Shown here: piece after piece, positions 9,471 to 20,400 of the stretch
How the letters are laid out: each line of letters starts with the position of its first letter
Numbering within the stretch: position 1 is the stretch's first letter
DNA from: a virus
Taxonomy: Duplodnaviria; Caudoviricetes
Virus record (IMG/VR): IMGVR_UViG_3300032247_000928
Span: 15,904 to 79,903 of that record
Length of the DNA stretch: 64,000 nucleotides
Strand: one strand, 5' to 3'
Made by a program: the position numbers and the translations under genes
Notes under the pieces: generated by a model
The model's input: the letters and a program-made list of their open reading frames with translations, nothing else
What the model was told of the DNA's origin: nothing
Database searches by the model: none

Positions 9471-12227
9471 TTAGTACACCACAAATAAGTCCCCAATTAC
9501 ACCTGTAGTATCACTTGGTGTATTAGTACCAATTGGGTCTGTGGTTTTTCCATAGTATACCGCCATACCCCTTAAAAGTTCTCCAGTGTATTCACTTTGA
9601 ACAACCATTCTTTGTCTTCCGTAAGGTCCAAGCGGATACAAGTCTTGTCCTCCAGAACCTAGTCTTGATCCAGAATGCACTCCACTTGTTTGAACTCTTC
9701 TTGTAATGTCTGCATCACCCTGAGCAGTAATACCAAAAATTTGAACCTTGTTACTTCCTAAAACAATTTTAGATGCAGATGTATATGGAGAATCTGTTCC
9801 ATCTGAAGAACTTGCAGCTTGTAAAATAACTTGTTGTTCTTTGATTGTAATTGCTCCAACTGTTGTATCTGATCCTGAAGTCATTATAATTCCTGGATTA
9901 GTTCCAGTTAAAGGCTCTAAACTAATTGCAACATTTTGAGATGCTTTAATTTGAATTCCAGTAGATGTTGCTGATAAGAAAGGTTTTGTTCCAGTGCCAG
10001 TAAAAGCACCTGTATAAATACCAATTCCATTTACTGTTGAACCGTATCTGTCTACAAATCCTGCTCCAACAGAAAAATATGGATTATTGTTTAAGTTGCC
10101 AATATCTGAGTAATCTCCACCAACAAATGGACTTGCTGACGTTAAATATGTATTTGAATTTCTTGGGAACAAATAACTTGTTGCTCCCGAAGATGCAATA
10201 GATATTAAATCATGATCTCCATCCATTGTAACCGTTCCAAGTGCACCTGTACTAGTTACACTACCACCTGTAATTGCAGCACCAGTTGCATATAATTTTC
10301 CACCTAAAGTCACTCTAAATGGATTTGATGTAGAGGTTGGCCCATAAGTACCTGCCCAAAATACGTTATCTGTTAATGAATTTGTTGGACTATTAATACC
10401 AGCTTTTGAGTCTGATATAGAAGAGTGAGAAACTGCAATATATCCATTTGTTGAATCAATTTCTATGTTGCCTTTGCCAGAAATTGAGGTTTTATAAATT
10501 CTATTTGTATCAACTGTCCAACCGCCTATATCGGCAGCGTTTGTAGTAAAGACAGCACCATTAGCCAATGGAGTCGTTAACATCGCTGTATAGCCACCTG
10601 AAGCGTTATAGGCTGCTATTCCTGAAGAGTTAAAGATTGTTCTAATTCCACTATTTGCTGAGCCTCCTGTTCCTGGAGCATAAAGTGATCCACCATTTAA
10701 TAAAACGTTTCCAGTAAAAGATCCACTTCTTGCGGTTATATCTCCATCTATTGCAAATGTAGATCCATTCCAAGAAATATAATTTGTTGTACTTCCGCCT
10801 ATTTTTAATGATGCTGATTGTGCTGAGTCTATATACCAATAATTATTTGCATTAAATACTAAACCTCTTTTACCAGTGTCTACTCCATAACCAAACTTAA
10901 ATGTTCCTGTGTCTGTTCCACTTATTCCTGCTTGAAAAAATCCTGTAGTTGAAATATTTGTTCCTATAAAAGGTGTTCCGCTAATTGCAACATTTGACCC
11001 AGCAATATAAGAAGTTGAAGTATTATTATATTCATCATATGTAGCAACTGCAATTTCATATGTAAGACCTGCGCCAAGGCCAGATAATCTATATGCAGTT
11101 CCAGAGCCTGGTGAGTCGGCATAAGAATATGATGATACTGGAGTTGTTATTGGTCTATACCTTATTCTATACCCACGAATACCGCCAGTTGTAACGGAAG
11201 ACCAAGAAATATCTGCATAACCATTAAATCCAATTGTTCCAGTAGTATCTAATCCTCCCGTTGTTGTAACCGTTTCTACATTTGCAGGTCCTTCTGTATC
11301 TACTGAAACTGGACTTGTTGGAGTTATTGCATATGCTAAAGAATATGCCGTAGTTAAACCACTACTTGATGTAAATCTTGCTTTTATCCAACGTTTATTA
11401 AAATTATGAACAATAATATTTGCTGGATTAATTGTTCCAAGATAAGTTCTTATATATGTTACACCTGTTGGTTCTGTTAAACTATTTGATTCATACTCAA
11501 CAATTTCAATTGAATTATAAGAACTTTGTGTTGGTGTAGTATATGCAACACTATAACCACTAGTAATTCCAGTGACTGTAATGGTGGGTGCTGTAAGATC
11601 TAAAGTATATGTTGGTACTGATGCAGCGCAAATAGTTTCACTAATGTTATTAAGTGGATCGGCAACAAGAACACAAATGCTAGTAATTTGAGTTCTAAAG
11701 ATTCCAAAAGTTTGGGTATTTAGTGTTTTTGTTAATGTTACTGTTTGAGCGGTTTGAGTTTTATTTGCAGCAAATGTATTTAATGCTGTCCGCTTAGTAA
11801 TACCATCTGCTGTTAATTCAAGAATAAATTGTGATACTGTTTTATTAAGGGTATTTGCATAATCCCAATTAAACTGTACAACTAAGTCTTCACCAGACCA
11901 ACTAGCAGTTACATCTGTTGGGTTAGTTGGAACAATAACAACTGGTCCTTGTCCATTATATATTGCTTGTGGCAAACCATTCATTGGTGGAGTGTATGTA
12001 TCTTGAGTATAAGTTTTACTTTGAGTTACACTTGATCCTGATTGATTACCTGGAGATTTACCGCCAGCAATTAATGCTTTTCCATCAAGTCCAACAATAT
12101 CAACTTCGGCACCTTGACGAGATTTTGTTTGATTTATTTTATTCCATGCTACTCTAGGATCATCTGCACTTATTGGAACTGTTGGATTTTTTGCAACAGA
12201 TTTACCACTTTTATATTGTGATTTCAC
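9471..12227 (-). CDS. minor tail protein with fibronectin type III domain(s)
   Basis: 918 aa; ISWSSVTTGGIRGYRIRYR...LSGLGAGLTYEIAVATYD is an FN3 signature; position in the tail operon. Confidence 0.7.
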   Translation of the reverse strand: MKSQYKSGKSVAKNPTVPISADDPRVAWNKINQTKSRQGAEVDIVGLDGKALIAGGKSPGNQSGSSVTQSKTYTQDTYTPPMNGLPQAIYNGQGPVVIVPTNPTDVTASWSGEDLVVQFNWDYANTLNKTVSQFILELTADGITKRTALNTFAANKTQTAQTVTLTKTLNTQTFGIFRTQITSICVLVADPLNNISETICAASVPTYTLDLTAPTITVTGITSGYSVAYTTPTQSSYNSIEIVEYESNSLTEPTGVTYIRTYLGTINPANIIVHNFNKRWIKARFTSSSGLTTAYSLAYAITPTSPVSVDTEGPANVETVTTTGGLDTTGTIGFNGYADISWSSVTTGGIRGYRIRYRPITTPVSSYSYADSPGSGTAYRLSGLGAGLTYEIAVATYDEYNNTSTSYIAGSNVAISGTPFIGTNISTTGFFQAGISGTDTGTFKFGYGVDTGKRGLVFNANNYWYIDSAQSASLKIGGSTTNYISWNGSTFAIDGDITARSGSFTGNVLLNGGSLYAPGTGGSANSGIRTIFNSSGIAAYNASGGYTAMLTTPLANGAVFTTNAADIGGWTVDTNRIYKTSISGKGNIEIDSTNGYIAVSHSSISDSKAGINSPTNSLTDNVFWAGTYGPTSTSNPFRVTLGGKLYATGAAITGGSVTSTGALGTVTMDGDHDLISIASSGATSYLFPRNSNTYLTSASPFVGGDYSDIGNLNNNPYFSVGAGFVDRYGSTVNGIGIYTGAFTGTGTKPFLSATSTGIQIKASQNVAISLEPLTGTNPGIIMTSGSDTTVGAITIKEQQVILQAASSSDGTDSPYTSASKIVLGSNKVQIFGITAQGDADITRRVQTSGVHSGSRLGSGGQDLYPLGPYGRQRMVVQSEYTGELLRGMAVYYGKTTDPIGTNTPSDTTGVIGDLFVVY

Positions 12228-12239
12228 TGTAATCCTTAA

Positions 12240-12743
12240 TTACTTTGGACCTATTGCTTGCCAATTTATATAACAAGCACCCGTAAGTGCTGCGGGACTA
12301 GTATTTGCCCTATTTAATCTAAAACTAAAAGTATCTTTGTTAACATTATAAACAGTAAGAACTATATCATGATCTGAAGAACTAAAATCTGTATTGCCAA
12401 ATTGTATTGTTGCAGTAACAATTGGTCTTGCACTAAATGATGTTGCTCCAGTTACATTATCACCATAATCAATATCACCATGATAAATATTTCCATTAAC
12501 CAAAGCAGCATTATCTCCAGTAAAATATACTTTTGTTCTTCCATAAAGAATTTTTTCAGAACCCGGGGTATACTCATGGCCAACAGCATCTTCTGCGTTC
12601 CAGTCTGGGGTGCCAGTTCCAGTAGTACCAAAGTTATTGGTTATGGTATTAATACTATCACTGTGTTGATTAATAACATTAATAAGTTGATGCCAAGCAG
12701 CAAGGTCAATTATGTTTGGGTCTGATATTTTTACGTATGGCAT
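12240..12743 (-). CDS. minor tail protein (H-type-lectin/gp53-like C-terminus)
   Basis: FSARPIVTAT...INWQAIG C-terminal pattern; synteny. Confidence 0.55.
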   Translation of the reverse strand: MPYVKISDPNIIDLAAWHQLINVINQHSDSINTITNNFGTTGTGTPDWNAEDAVGHEYTPGSEKILYGRTKVYFTGDNAALVNGNIYHGDIDYGDNVTGATSFSARPIVTATIQFGNTDFSSSDHDIVLTVYNVNKDTFSFRLNRANTSPAALTGACYINWQAIGPK

Positions 12744-12778
12744 TCTATTCTCCTATTTTATTAATTATACCACAGGGC

Positions 12779-15700
12779 CTAATAGATCCTGTTAAGTGTT
12801 AATTTAGTACTAAGTCCATTATCAAATGTATGGCTAACAGAAACTACAACATATCTTTGGCTAGAAATTCCATTGAGTGCGTATGTAAGGGTTACTACAT
12901 CTCCTACCTGGATTAATGGATTACCAAATATATTTAACGATACCGTTTTTGAAAAACCTTCAATACCCATAGATATTACCTTAAGCATTCTTTGTGCTGC
13001 CTGCTTTGATTGTATCCATTCAGAGTCTAGCTGTACTACTTCTGATATATTTGATGGATCAATTACTGCCTCCAAAATTTCTGGGTCTGATGGAGCAACA
13101 ATTTCATGTGTCCAAAGATTAAGATTAATTGTAAATTGATCAAGGTCATCTGCTTCTTTATGCAAGAACACAAGGTTTGATGAATTATTTGCAATTGCCA
13201 TCTTTGCTCTAAACCCTGTATTGATTGGTGTTGAGTATGACAAAGAATATTCATCAACTAGTTTTTTCTGGTAATTTCTTTGGTCTCCCTGCTCATTTCC
13301 TGGAAAATAATACCACATGTATTCTACTGGCAAAACATCAACAGAAACTGCTGCAGGAGTTGTATACTGAATGTCGTAATAATTAATCCCCGAAATTTCT
13401 GGAGTAGTCTGCATAATATAAGTTATTGAATTGCCATACAATGGTTGACCCTGCACTAAACCATTTAAAAATTCTCTATCTTGATAAAAATAACTTACAC
13501 TTCGTTCTTTTAGTGATTTTTGAGTTGCGTGAATTTCTCTTAGTGATGCTGGTGCCAATATTGGGTTTTCTACTTTATAGTTAAATGCTGGATGTATTCC
13601 TGGAACTATTCCTGGATTTGTAGTTGCATAAAATCCAAATTTTTTACCTGAAGAAATATTGTCTGTAAAAAATGGTTTTTGTCTCATTCCCGTTTTAAGA
13701 TTAACATCCATTGTTTTCCAAGCAGAACCACCTGGATTTGTGGTTGCATCATAGTCATCTGTTTTTTGTTCGTTCCATCCAGTAATTTCCGTATTATTTA
13801 AAAACACAGAAAGTATTCTTTTTGGAGTTTCTGTTGTTGCATTTTCTCCATCAGTTCCATCTGACAAATAGTGAATAACCTTTAGACTAAAAGGATTATC
13901 TGTTACGTAAGAATATGTTGTTGGAGTTGTTGCTTCATTTTTTTTAATAATTTTTGGGAAATTGTTAATAATACTGTTACATTGGCCCGTAACATCAGCC
14001 CAATAATTAGTTGATGTTCCAGGACCAAAGATAAACAATAGGTATTTATATTTTGCTGGAGAGTATAGATTTGTTGTTTTTGGATCTACCAAACTAAATC
14101 TAACAAGTTCTACCATATATGTGCCAACTGAACTTGTTGCACTGGTCATATTAAAAAATAAGCCAGCAGCAGAAACATCTTGGTCTGGCATATCAAACTT
14201 AACAGAATATGTTTGATACCCGTTATCTACTTGGTTTGTTGGGTAAATTAAAACCCTGGAATCGTTTGCACTATTAACTTGTATTTTTGATATACTTGGC
14301 AAACTTGTATCATTATCATAATCATCTATAATTGAAGTAAAACCAGAAGATGTAGATATTGTATAATCTAAATTTAATAATTTTTCAGATAAACCTTTGC
14401 TTGCAAGAGTTGTTATTCTTGAGTGAGCAGATGGGGCAGTTCCAAAAAGTCCTCGCTGAACATTTGTTATATTTCCTGTTGGGGTTACAATAACATCATA
14501 ATCTTGTTTTTCTGTGCCGTCTGAAGTTTTAAGACCAACACTATATTTTTTAATAAAATTATTAATTTCAGACTGTAATTCAAGATCATTTTTAATTGAA
14601 ACAGTTACTGATGTTCCGTCGGTTTTTGCAATTGTATATTCTTTGTACAACAATGACACAATTTCATTTTCAATAAAAGCATAACCATTTGTATCACGAT
14701 TAAAAGTGTGAAAAATATTTTGTAAATCATTTACATTTATACTCATAATATTACTATCTAGGGCCATTAAGTTTTTTAAATAATTAAAACCAACAGAGTC
14801 TATGCTTTGCTGTTGCCAAACAACATCATTTGATGTTGTATAAATAAATGATGGAGAATTTTTAATTGTTGGGTTTGTTACATTTTGTAAGGATGGAGAT
14901 TGTTTTACTTTAGGAACTTGATACCTTAAAGAAATTTTTCCTGGCTTTGCTTTATTTGATACCGAGAATCCACCTTGTTTAATATCTTTGTCTGCAAGAT
15001 TTAAAGAAGAACCAGAAGAAGAAAGAATATTGTGTAAACTCAAAAACTTCATAATTCCATATTCATCAATATATGCACCAATTTGATATGCAACAAAAAT
15101 TTTATTAAGTGTATCTAAAATTGTGGAATCTTTTGAGTTACAATAAAAATACGATACATCCATTGGCATGGCTTTACTGTTACAAATATTATACAATGAA
15201 TCATAATCATAATCAGTAAAACCTGCTGTGTCTAAAATATTTGTTACAATTTCAAATACGCTCTTTAAGTTTGCAACATAATCTGGGACTGGAGTAGCTT
15301 GAAGATATCTTGATATATCAAAAGATTGAATAGAAACTGTATCTATATCGTTTTCATCCCAAGTATCAGAGTAAAATATTCCTCCAGGAATATAAGAGCT
15401 AGCTGCGGTTGTTGAAGATGTTGATAATTGAGAATATTGAAAAACATTAAAATTAACATAAAGCTTAATATTTTTTCTTAATATATTTGCAAGAACAGTT
15501 GAAGCTTGATCACTTTGACTAGAAAATATGTTTACTGGTTGGTTATTGTTGTACAAAGGAATAGAAGATAGGGTTATGCTGCATGCATCAGAGTTTATTG
15601 AAGAAATAGGAAGAGCACTATTTTGAGAGTCTATGGATTTATCTATTGATAAAGACTGCACAAACTCTGAAAGATCAATTTCAAGTCTTGGAGACACTTC

Positions 15701-16912
15701 AATTAATTGCATTCTTGCAAAATCTGCAACTGCATCTGTACTTGTATATGAGTTAAAAGCAGATCTTTTTGTTTCTGATATCTGTGTAATAGTTATTTTG
15801 TTTATGGTCGTTGTTTTACTTATTTCTCCCGTGCTTGTAAACTTTGGCATTTCAGACCATCTTGTTTTTGTCCAAGCAGATCCAGTCCAATACAAAACTA
15901 GCACTCCTGTGTTAAAACTTTCTGAGTTTGATGGAATAGTAATACTCTGGCTTCCATCAACAGTAATAGTTGTTCCATTTAAAATAACATTAAATGTAGG
16001 AATTGTAACTAAAGTATTAAATTTAATTACAATTTTGTTTGTTAAAATAGAAGACTCATATATTCCAGTAATACTTTTTGTGTTCTGTCCAGATACAAAA
16101 TACTTGTAGGGAGATATATCTGTTGGTGGTGCGCTCTTTATTCCTGGGACTGGTGGGGAGGCAAAGAAAAAGGAAGGCATATGAAGAATTGAACTTACTG
16201 GAGAATAATTTGGAGCAGTATATCCATTAATTATTGAAGATAAAATTTTTCTATGGTTGGTAGGAAATGAACAGTTTGTGTTTCCAGTAGGGACATATGA
16301 TTCTCCAGGTCTAAAATAAGTGAATGGGCTATCTGTTGGCCAAAGAGATCCGTATCTATAGTCTGTGATTGATGTTTTATATGCTTGTGGAACTGTAAAA
16401 TATATTGTTGGATTAATATCTGTACCGCTCAAAGAATTAACATTGATTGTATAAACAAAAGAAGAAATGCCAGATATTACTGAAGCTGGTGAACCAATAT
16501 AGGTGACAACTTTTGTCCAACCTAGAGAACTTGCCTCTTCCTGTTTTGATCCATACTCACCACTTGAACCTTTAGCATATGCTGTAATCATAACTGGTAT
16601 TGCATTATCTGTTTTTATATAAGTAATTATCTTGCATGCATCTGCACTATCTGCAGTTACATTATATGATACAGAACCTTTTCCAGCAGACATAGTAAAC
16701 TTCTTTGTAGTAAAGTTTTTCTTTTGTACATCATTAGAATCAGAAACGGTACTGGAAGAAGTAGAAAAAGATGTAGAAAGAGAAGTTCCAGTACTGGCAG
16801 TAGTAATATAAGGTTGATTAAATAAGTTATGATTCCATTCTGCAGAAACAACAGGAACCATGCCTATTGAATCAGAATTTGAGAATACTGAAGAACTTAA
16901 ATTTGTTAACAT
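12779..16912 (-). CDS. large tail-tip / baseplate hub protein
   Basis: 1377 aa two genes after the tape measure; ends GNPLIQVGDVVTL...YVVVSVSHTF, typical of hub proteins. Confidence 0.7.
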   Translation of the reverse strand: MLTNLSSSVFSNSDSIGMVPVVSAEWNHNLFNQPYITTASTGTSLSTSFSTSSSTVSDSNDVQKKNFTTKKFTMSAGKGSVSYNVTADSADACKIITYIKTDNAIPVMITAYAKGSSGEYGSKQEEASSLGWTKVVTYIGSPASVISGISSFVYTINVNSLSGTDINPTIYFTVPQAYKTSITDYRYGSLWPTDSPFTYFRPGESYVPTGNTNCSFPTNHRKILSSIINGYTAPNYSPVSSILHMPSFFFASPPVPGIKSAPPTDISPYKYFVSGQNTKSITGIYESSILTNKIVIKFNTLVTIPTFNVILNGTTITVDGSQSITIPSNSESFNTGVLVLYWTGSAWTKTRWSEMPKFTSTGEISKTTTINKITITQISETKRSAFNSYTSTDAVADFARMQLIEVSPRLEIDLSEFVQSLSIDKSIDSQNSALPISSINSDACSITLSSIPLYNNNQPVNIFSSQSDQASTVLANILRKNIKLYVNFNVFQYSQLSTSSTTAASSYIPGGIFYSDTWDENDIDTVSIQSFDISRYLQATPVPDYVANLKSVFEIVTNILDTAGFTDYDYDSLYNICNSKAMPMDVSYFYCNSKDSTILDTLNKIFVAYQIGAYIDEYGIMKFLSLHNILSSSGSSLNLADKDIKQGGFSVSNKAKPGKISLRYQVPKVKQSPSLQNVTNPTIKNSPSFIYTTSNDVVWQQQSIDSVGFNYLKNLMALDSNIMSINVNDLQNIFHTFNRDTNGYAFIENEIVSLLYKEYTIAKTDGTSVTVSIKNDLELQSEINNFIKKYSVGLKTSDGTEKQDYDVIVTPTGNITNVQRGLFGTAPSAHSRITTLASKGLSEKLLNLDYTISTSSGFTSIIDDYDNDTSLPSISKIQVNSANDSRVLIYPTNQVDNGYQTYSVKFDMPDQDVSAAGLFFNMTSATSSVGTYMVELVRFSLVDPKTTNLYSPAKYKYLLFIFGPGTSTNYWADVTGQCNSIINNFPKIIKKNEATTPTTYSYVTDNPFSLKVIHYLSDGTDGENATTETPKRILSVFLNNTEITGWNEQKTDDYDATTNPGGSAWKTMDVNLKTGMRQKPFFTDNISSGKKFGFYATTNPGIVPGIHPAFNYKVENPILAPASLREIHATQKSLKERSVSYFYQDREFLNGLVQGQPLYGNSITYIMQTTPEISGINYYDIQYTTPAAVSVDVLPVEYMWYYFPGNEQGDQRNYQKKLVDEYSLSYSTPINTGFRAKMAIANNSSNLVFLHKEADDLDQFTINLNLWTHEIVAPSDPEILEAVIDPSNISEVVQLDSEWIQSKQAAQRMLKVISMGIEGFSKTVSLNIFGNPLIQVGDVVTLTYALNGISSQRYVVVSVSHTFDNGLSTKLTLNRIY

Positions 16913-17418
16913 TAAATCTCCGTAAATTCAATTTTTATATCTACGTAGTCAGCTACTGGTGTTCTCTTAGATAGAGTTTTTGAAAATGATGTTATAAATG
17001 CGCTATATGTTCTAGATCCAGTTGCATTTGTTACTGTTGCTTCTGTTTGTGACGTTTTAAAGTTAGTGCCAGACTCGTCTGGAACTGCTCCTGCTACAGG
17101 ATCTGCATTAAGTTTAGACTCAATAACTTTTACATAAATAGGAACTCCAGCATTAGCATTATAAAATGATTCCATCCAAGCAGCTCCATAGTTACCATCT
17201 GCTGTCTCTGTTGTCTTAGTAGGAATAAAATTCCACCCTGTTGAAATTTTATACTTTTTAGCAACCACATATTTTCTCATAGAGCCATTTGCCATACGTG
17301 CAGAGGATTCAATCAACTCTACATCTATTTGAATAGGATCTCTATTATGGTCTGTTAGTTTATACCATGTTGATCCATTGAGAGATACTTGAAGTCCCGC
17401 TTGAATTTTATATGTCAT
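16912..17418 (-). CDS. distal tail (Dit-like) protein
   Basis: Directly follows the tape measure; RMANGSMRKYVVAKK motif. Confidence 0.6.
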   Translation of the reverse strand: MTYKIQAGLQVSLNGSTWYKLTDHNRDPIQIDVELIESSARMANGSMRKYVVAKKYKISTGWNFIPTKTTETADGNYGAAWMESFYNANAGVPIYVKVIESKLNADPVAGAVPDESGTNFKTSQTEATVTNATGSRTYSAFITSFSKTLSKRTPVADYVDIKIEFTEI

Positions 17419-20400
17419 TACATTCTCACCATATTTGACTTATTAATCTTTGAAGTTTCAACTTTAAGTCTTCTAATTACTTGATCTGCAATATCACTAG
17501 CATTTGCATTACCACCATTTACAGTCATGTTAACATTATACACGGTATCGCCAGAAGTTGATGAGGTATTTGAATTTATAGCACTAACTTTTTGATTATT
17601 AATTGCATCCATAAATCCGACACCATAATTTTGAACAGCTTTTGCTTGAACTATATATTCTCCATTAGATACAGTAAGTTGTGGAAGTCCACCTCCAGCA
17701 AAGCGTGCCATTATGGAGTCTGAAATGCCTGTTCCAGGACCTTGTATAAGTCCACCCGTGGCTTTACCTTTAGCTTTTGCCAATGCTGCTTGAGCAGCTG
17801 TAACTTTATTTGTTGCTTGAATTGCAGAAATTTCATTTTCAAGAGTTTTTATTTTATCATCAAGTACTTGAGCATCTGTTGTTTTATTAAATTGTGAAGT
17901 TTCAAATGATTTTTGTGCTCCAATAATTGCAGCACCAATATAATTACCTGAAATTTTTGCTTGCGTTGCATCAGATTGCAACTGCATCAATTTTTGTTGA
18001 TAATCATATTGACGTTTTAAATCATCATTTGTTCCATTGATTACATCTCTTTTAGTTTTTAATAAATCTAATTCTTTTTGCATATTTGCAATAGCAAGTT
18101 TAGATTGTTTTGAAAGAACATCTGCTCCGCCAGGTGTTGTTCCTCCTGCTGCTGAAAGAGCAGCTTTTTGTGCTGCTACCAATTCTTTTGTTTGTTTTTC
18201 AATCATTGCAGTAATATCTGCTTGAGTTCTACCCTTAATGTCATTAAGGATTGGATCTACCCCACTATAACTTAAAGCTTTAATCATTTCTTTTGATATT
18301 TGATCACCAAGTCCTACTGACGCTGCTCTTAATAAAAGCAATTTATCTTTAAAGTCTTTAACTCCAATTGCAGCTCTTGCAACATCTGGTGCCATTGCCT
18401 TAAGAGCAGTATCAAGTAAAATGATTGCATTTGATTGATCTGGCATTTTTTGTAATGAAACAACAAGAGAATCAAACATAGTGTTAAATTGTTTTCCATT
18501 AATTTGTCCACTTACAAGGGCAGAAGAAATTCCATTTAAATATTTATTAATAATTCCTGCCTCTGATTTAAATGGAACCATTGCCTTATCTCGTTCTTGT
18601 TTTGTTCCAAGAACAGTTTGAATCCACGCACCAGTTTTAAACTTTTTAGATTCTTTTTCAAAATCTTTAAGAATATCGGCTGGAAGTTTATCTAGATTAA
18701 TATTACCAAAATCAATTTTTAAGTCAGTTCTTTTTGCTTCTTGTTGAATAGCTTGAATAATAATTTGAATTTGATCTTTAGAAAACCCTGCACCTAAAAG
18801 TTCAAACATTTTTGCATTTAATACTTGTGTTGCCTGAGTATCGTTAAGATTTTTTAAAGCTTTTACTGTTGGTGTGCCATATTTCTTAAATGAATCTGAT
18901 TCTCTAAATTTATCTGCTGCTGAAATTTGTGCTGCAGTCCCTGGTGCAAAACCAGTCTTTTTTTCTAGTGCACTTATAGCAGGCTGTGTTCCAAAGTAAT
19001 CACCTAAAGATTTAAGCTGATCTGTTGTTGTTACAAGTGCATTTGAAAATGCTTCTGTTTTTTCTTTTGCTGCTTGCTGCGCTTTATTATAAGCAAATAA
19101 ACTTACACCTATAGTTATTGCAATTGCTGCTAATTTGCCCCAAGGACCTAAAAAGTTTAATGCAAATCTTCCAGCAGTTAATAGTCTTGCACCCCAGGAA
19201 GCTACTCCAACAAATAATGTTTTAAACGCTGTTGCTCCCATAGCCTGTGCAACTGTATTTGCTCTTGTTGCAACAACCTCTAATAGTTTTGCTTGTGTTA
19301 ATAACTGAGTTATAGTTTGCAATGCAAATAGTGCTCCAGATACATTAAATATAACACTTGATATATTTCCTAATGTACCTCCAAACATTTGTGCTACACC
19401 CGACAGTCCCATTAATGCAAATGATCCACCTTGAAGTGCATTGTTCATTTTTAAAAGTTTTGGAGATGTTTCTTTTAGTGAATTACTAAATTTTTTAATT
19501 TCTTCTTCAGTTTGTGGAGCAGAAACAAGTTGTGCTGATACTTGTGATAATGGGGCTCCCTGTGCTCTTATTGCTACTCTGCGACCACTTTGTGTAGCAT
19601 TCTGTATGCCAGTAATTCCAGCATTTCCTAGCTGTTCTCCTGCAACAGTAGCATTTTTTTCTCCACCTTTAATTGCATTAACAAAACCATTTATAACATT
19701 TTTACCCTGCACTATTGCTTTCTTTGAATCTGAGTGGGAATCTGTACCTTCAGCAATTCCCTTAATTGCCTGATCTCCAACCTCAAAACCTGCAATACCT
19801 GCTAGTTTTGCCTCCTCCATTAGTGTTTTAGTAAATAACTTAACATCATCTTTTATTAATGAAAGTTTAATTTTAACTTCATCACTAAGTTGTTTGTATG
19901 TAATTGCTAAAAATTCTTTAGTTTTTTGAGCTTCTGCTGCCATTGCATCATTAATTTGAAAAGCACCTGTAGTAGAATATGGAACACTTCCATTTGCAAC
20001 TTCTTGCATTCCTATTCCATAGGTAGATCTTTTATCTTTATAAGATTTTCCAAGACTAATTCTATTTTGTTTTCCGCCACGAGCCTCAACATCTGCAACA
20101 GCGGTTACTCTTTGCATTTTTGCGTAAGCAGTTTCTACATTTTTATCTGTTTTAGATACTGCTATATATGCTTCTTTAATTATTTTATCAAGATCATCAG
20201 CAGTTACAACTGCTACATCTCCAAGTTTTGTAAATCCATTTTCAATTTCAGTAGTTACTTTTGCAACCGTTGTTTTTATTTGTTCAATTGGAACTCCTGC
20301 TTGTTTTAGCTGATCAACTAATTCTGGGTGTGCTACGCTTCCTCTTGTTATTAAATCTCTTTTTGCAAGAGCAATTGGTGCTGTTTGACCACTACCACTT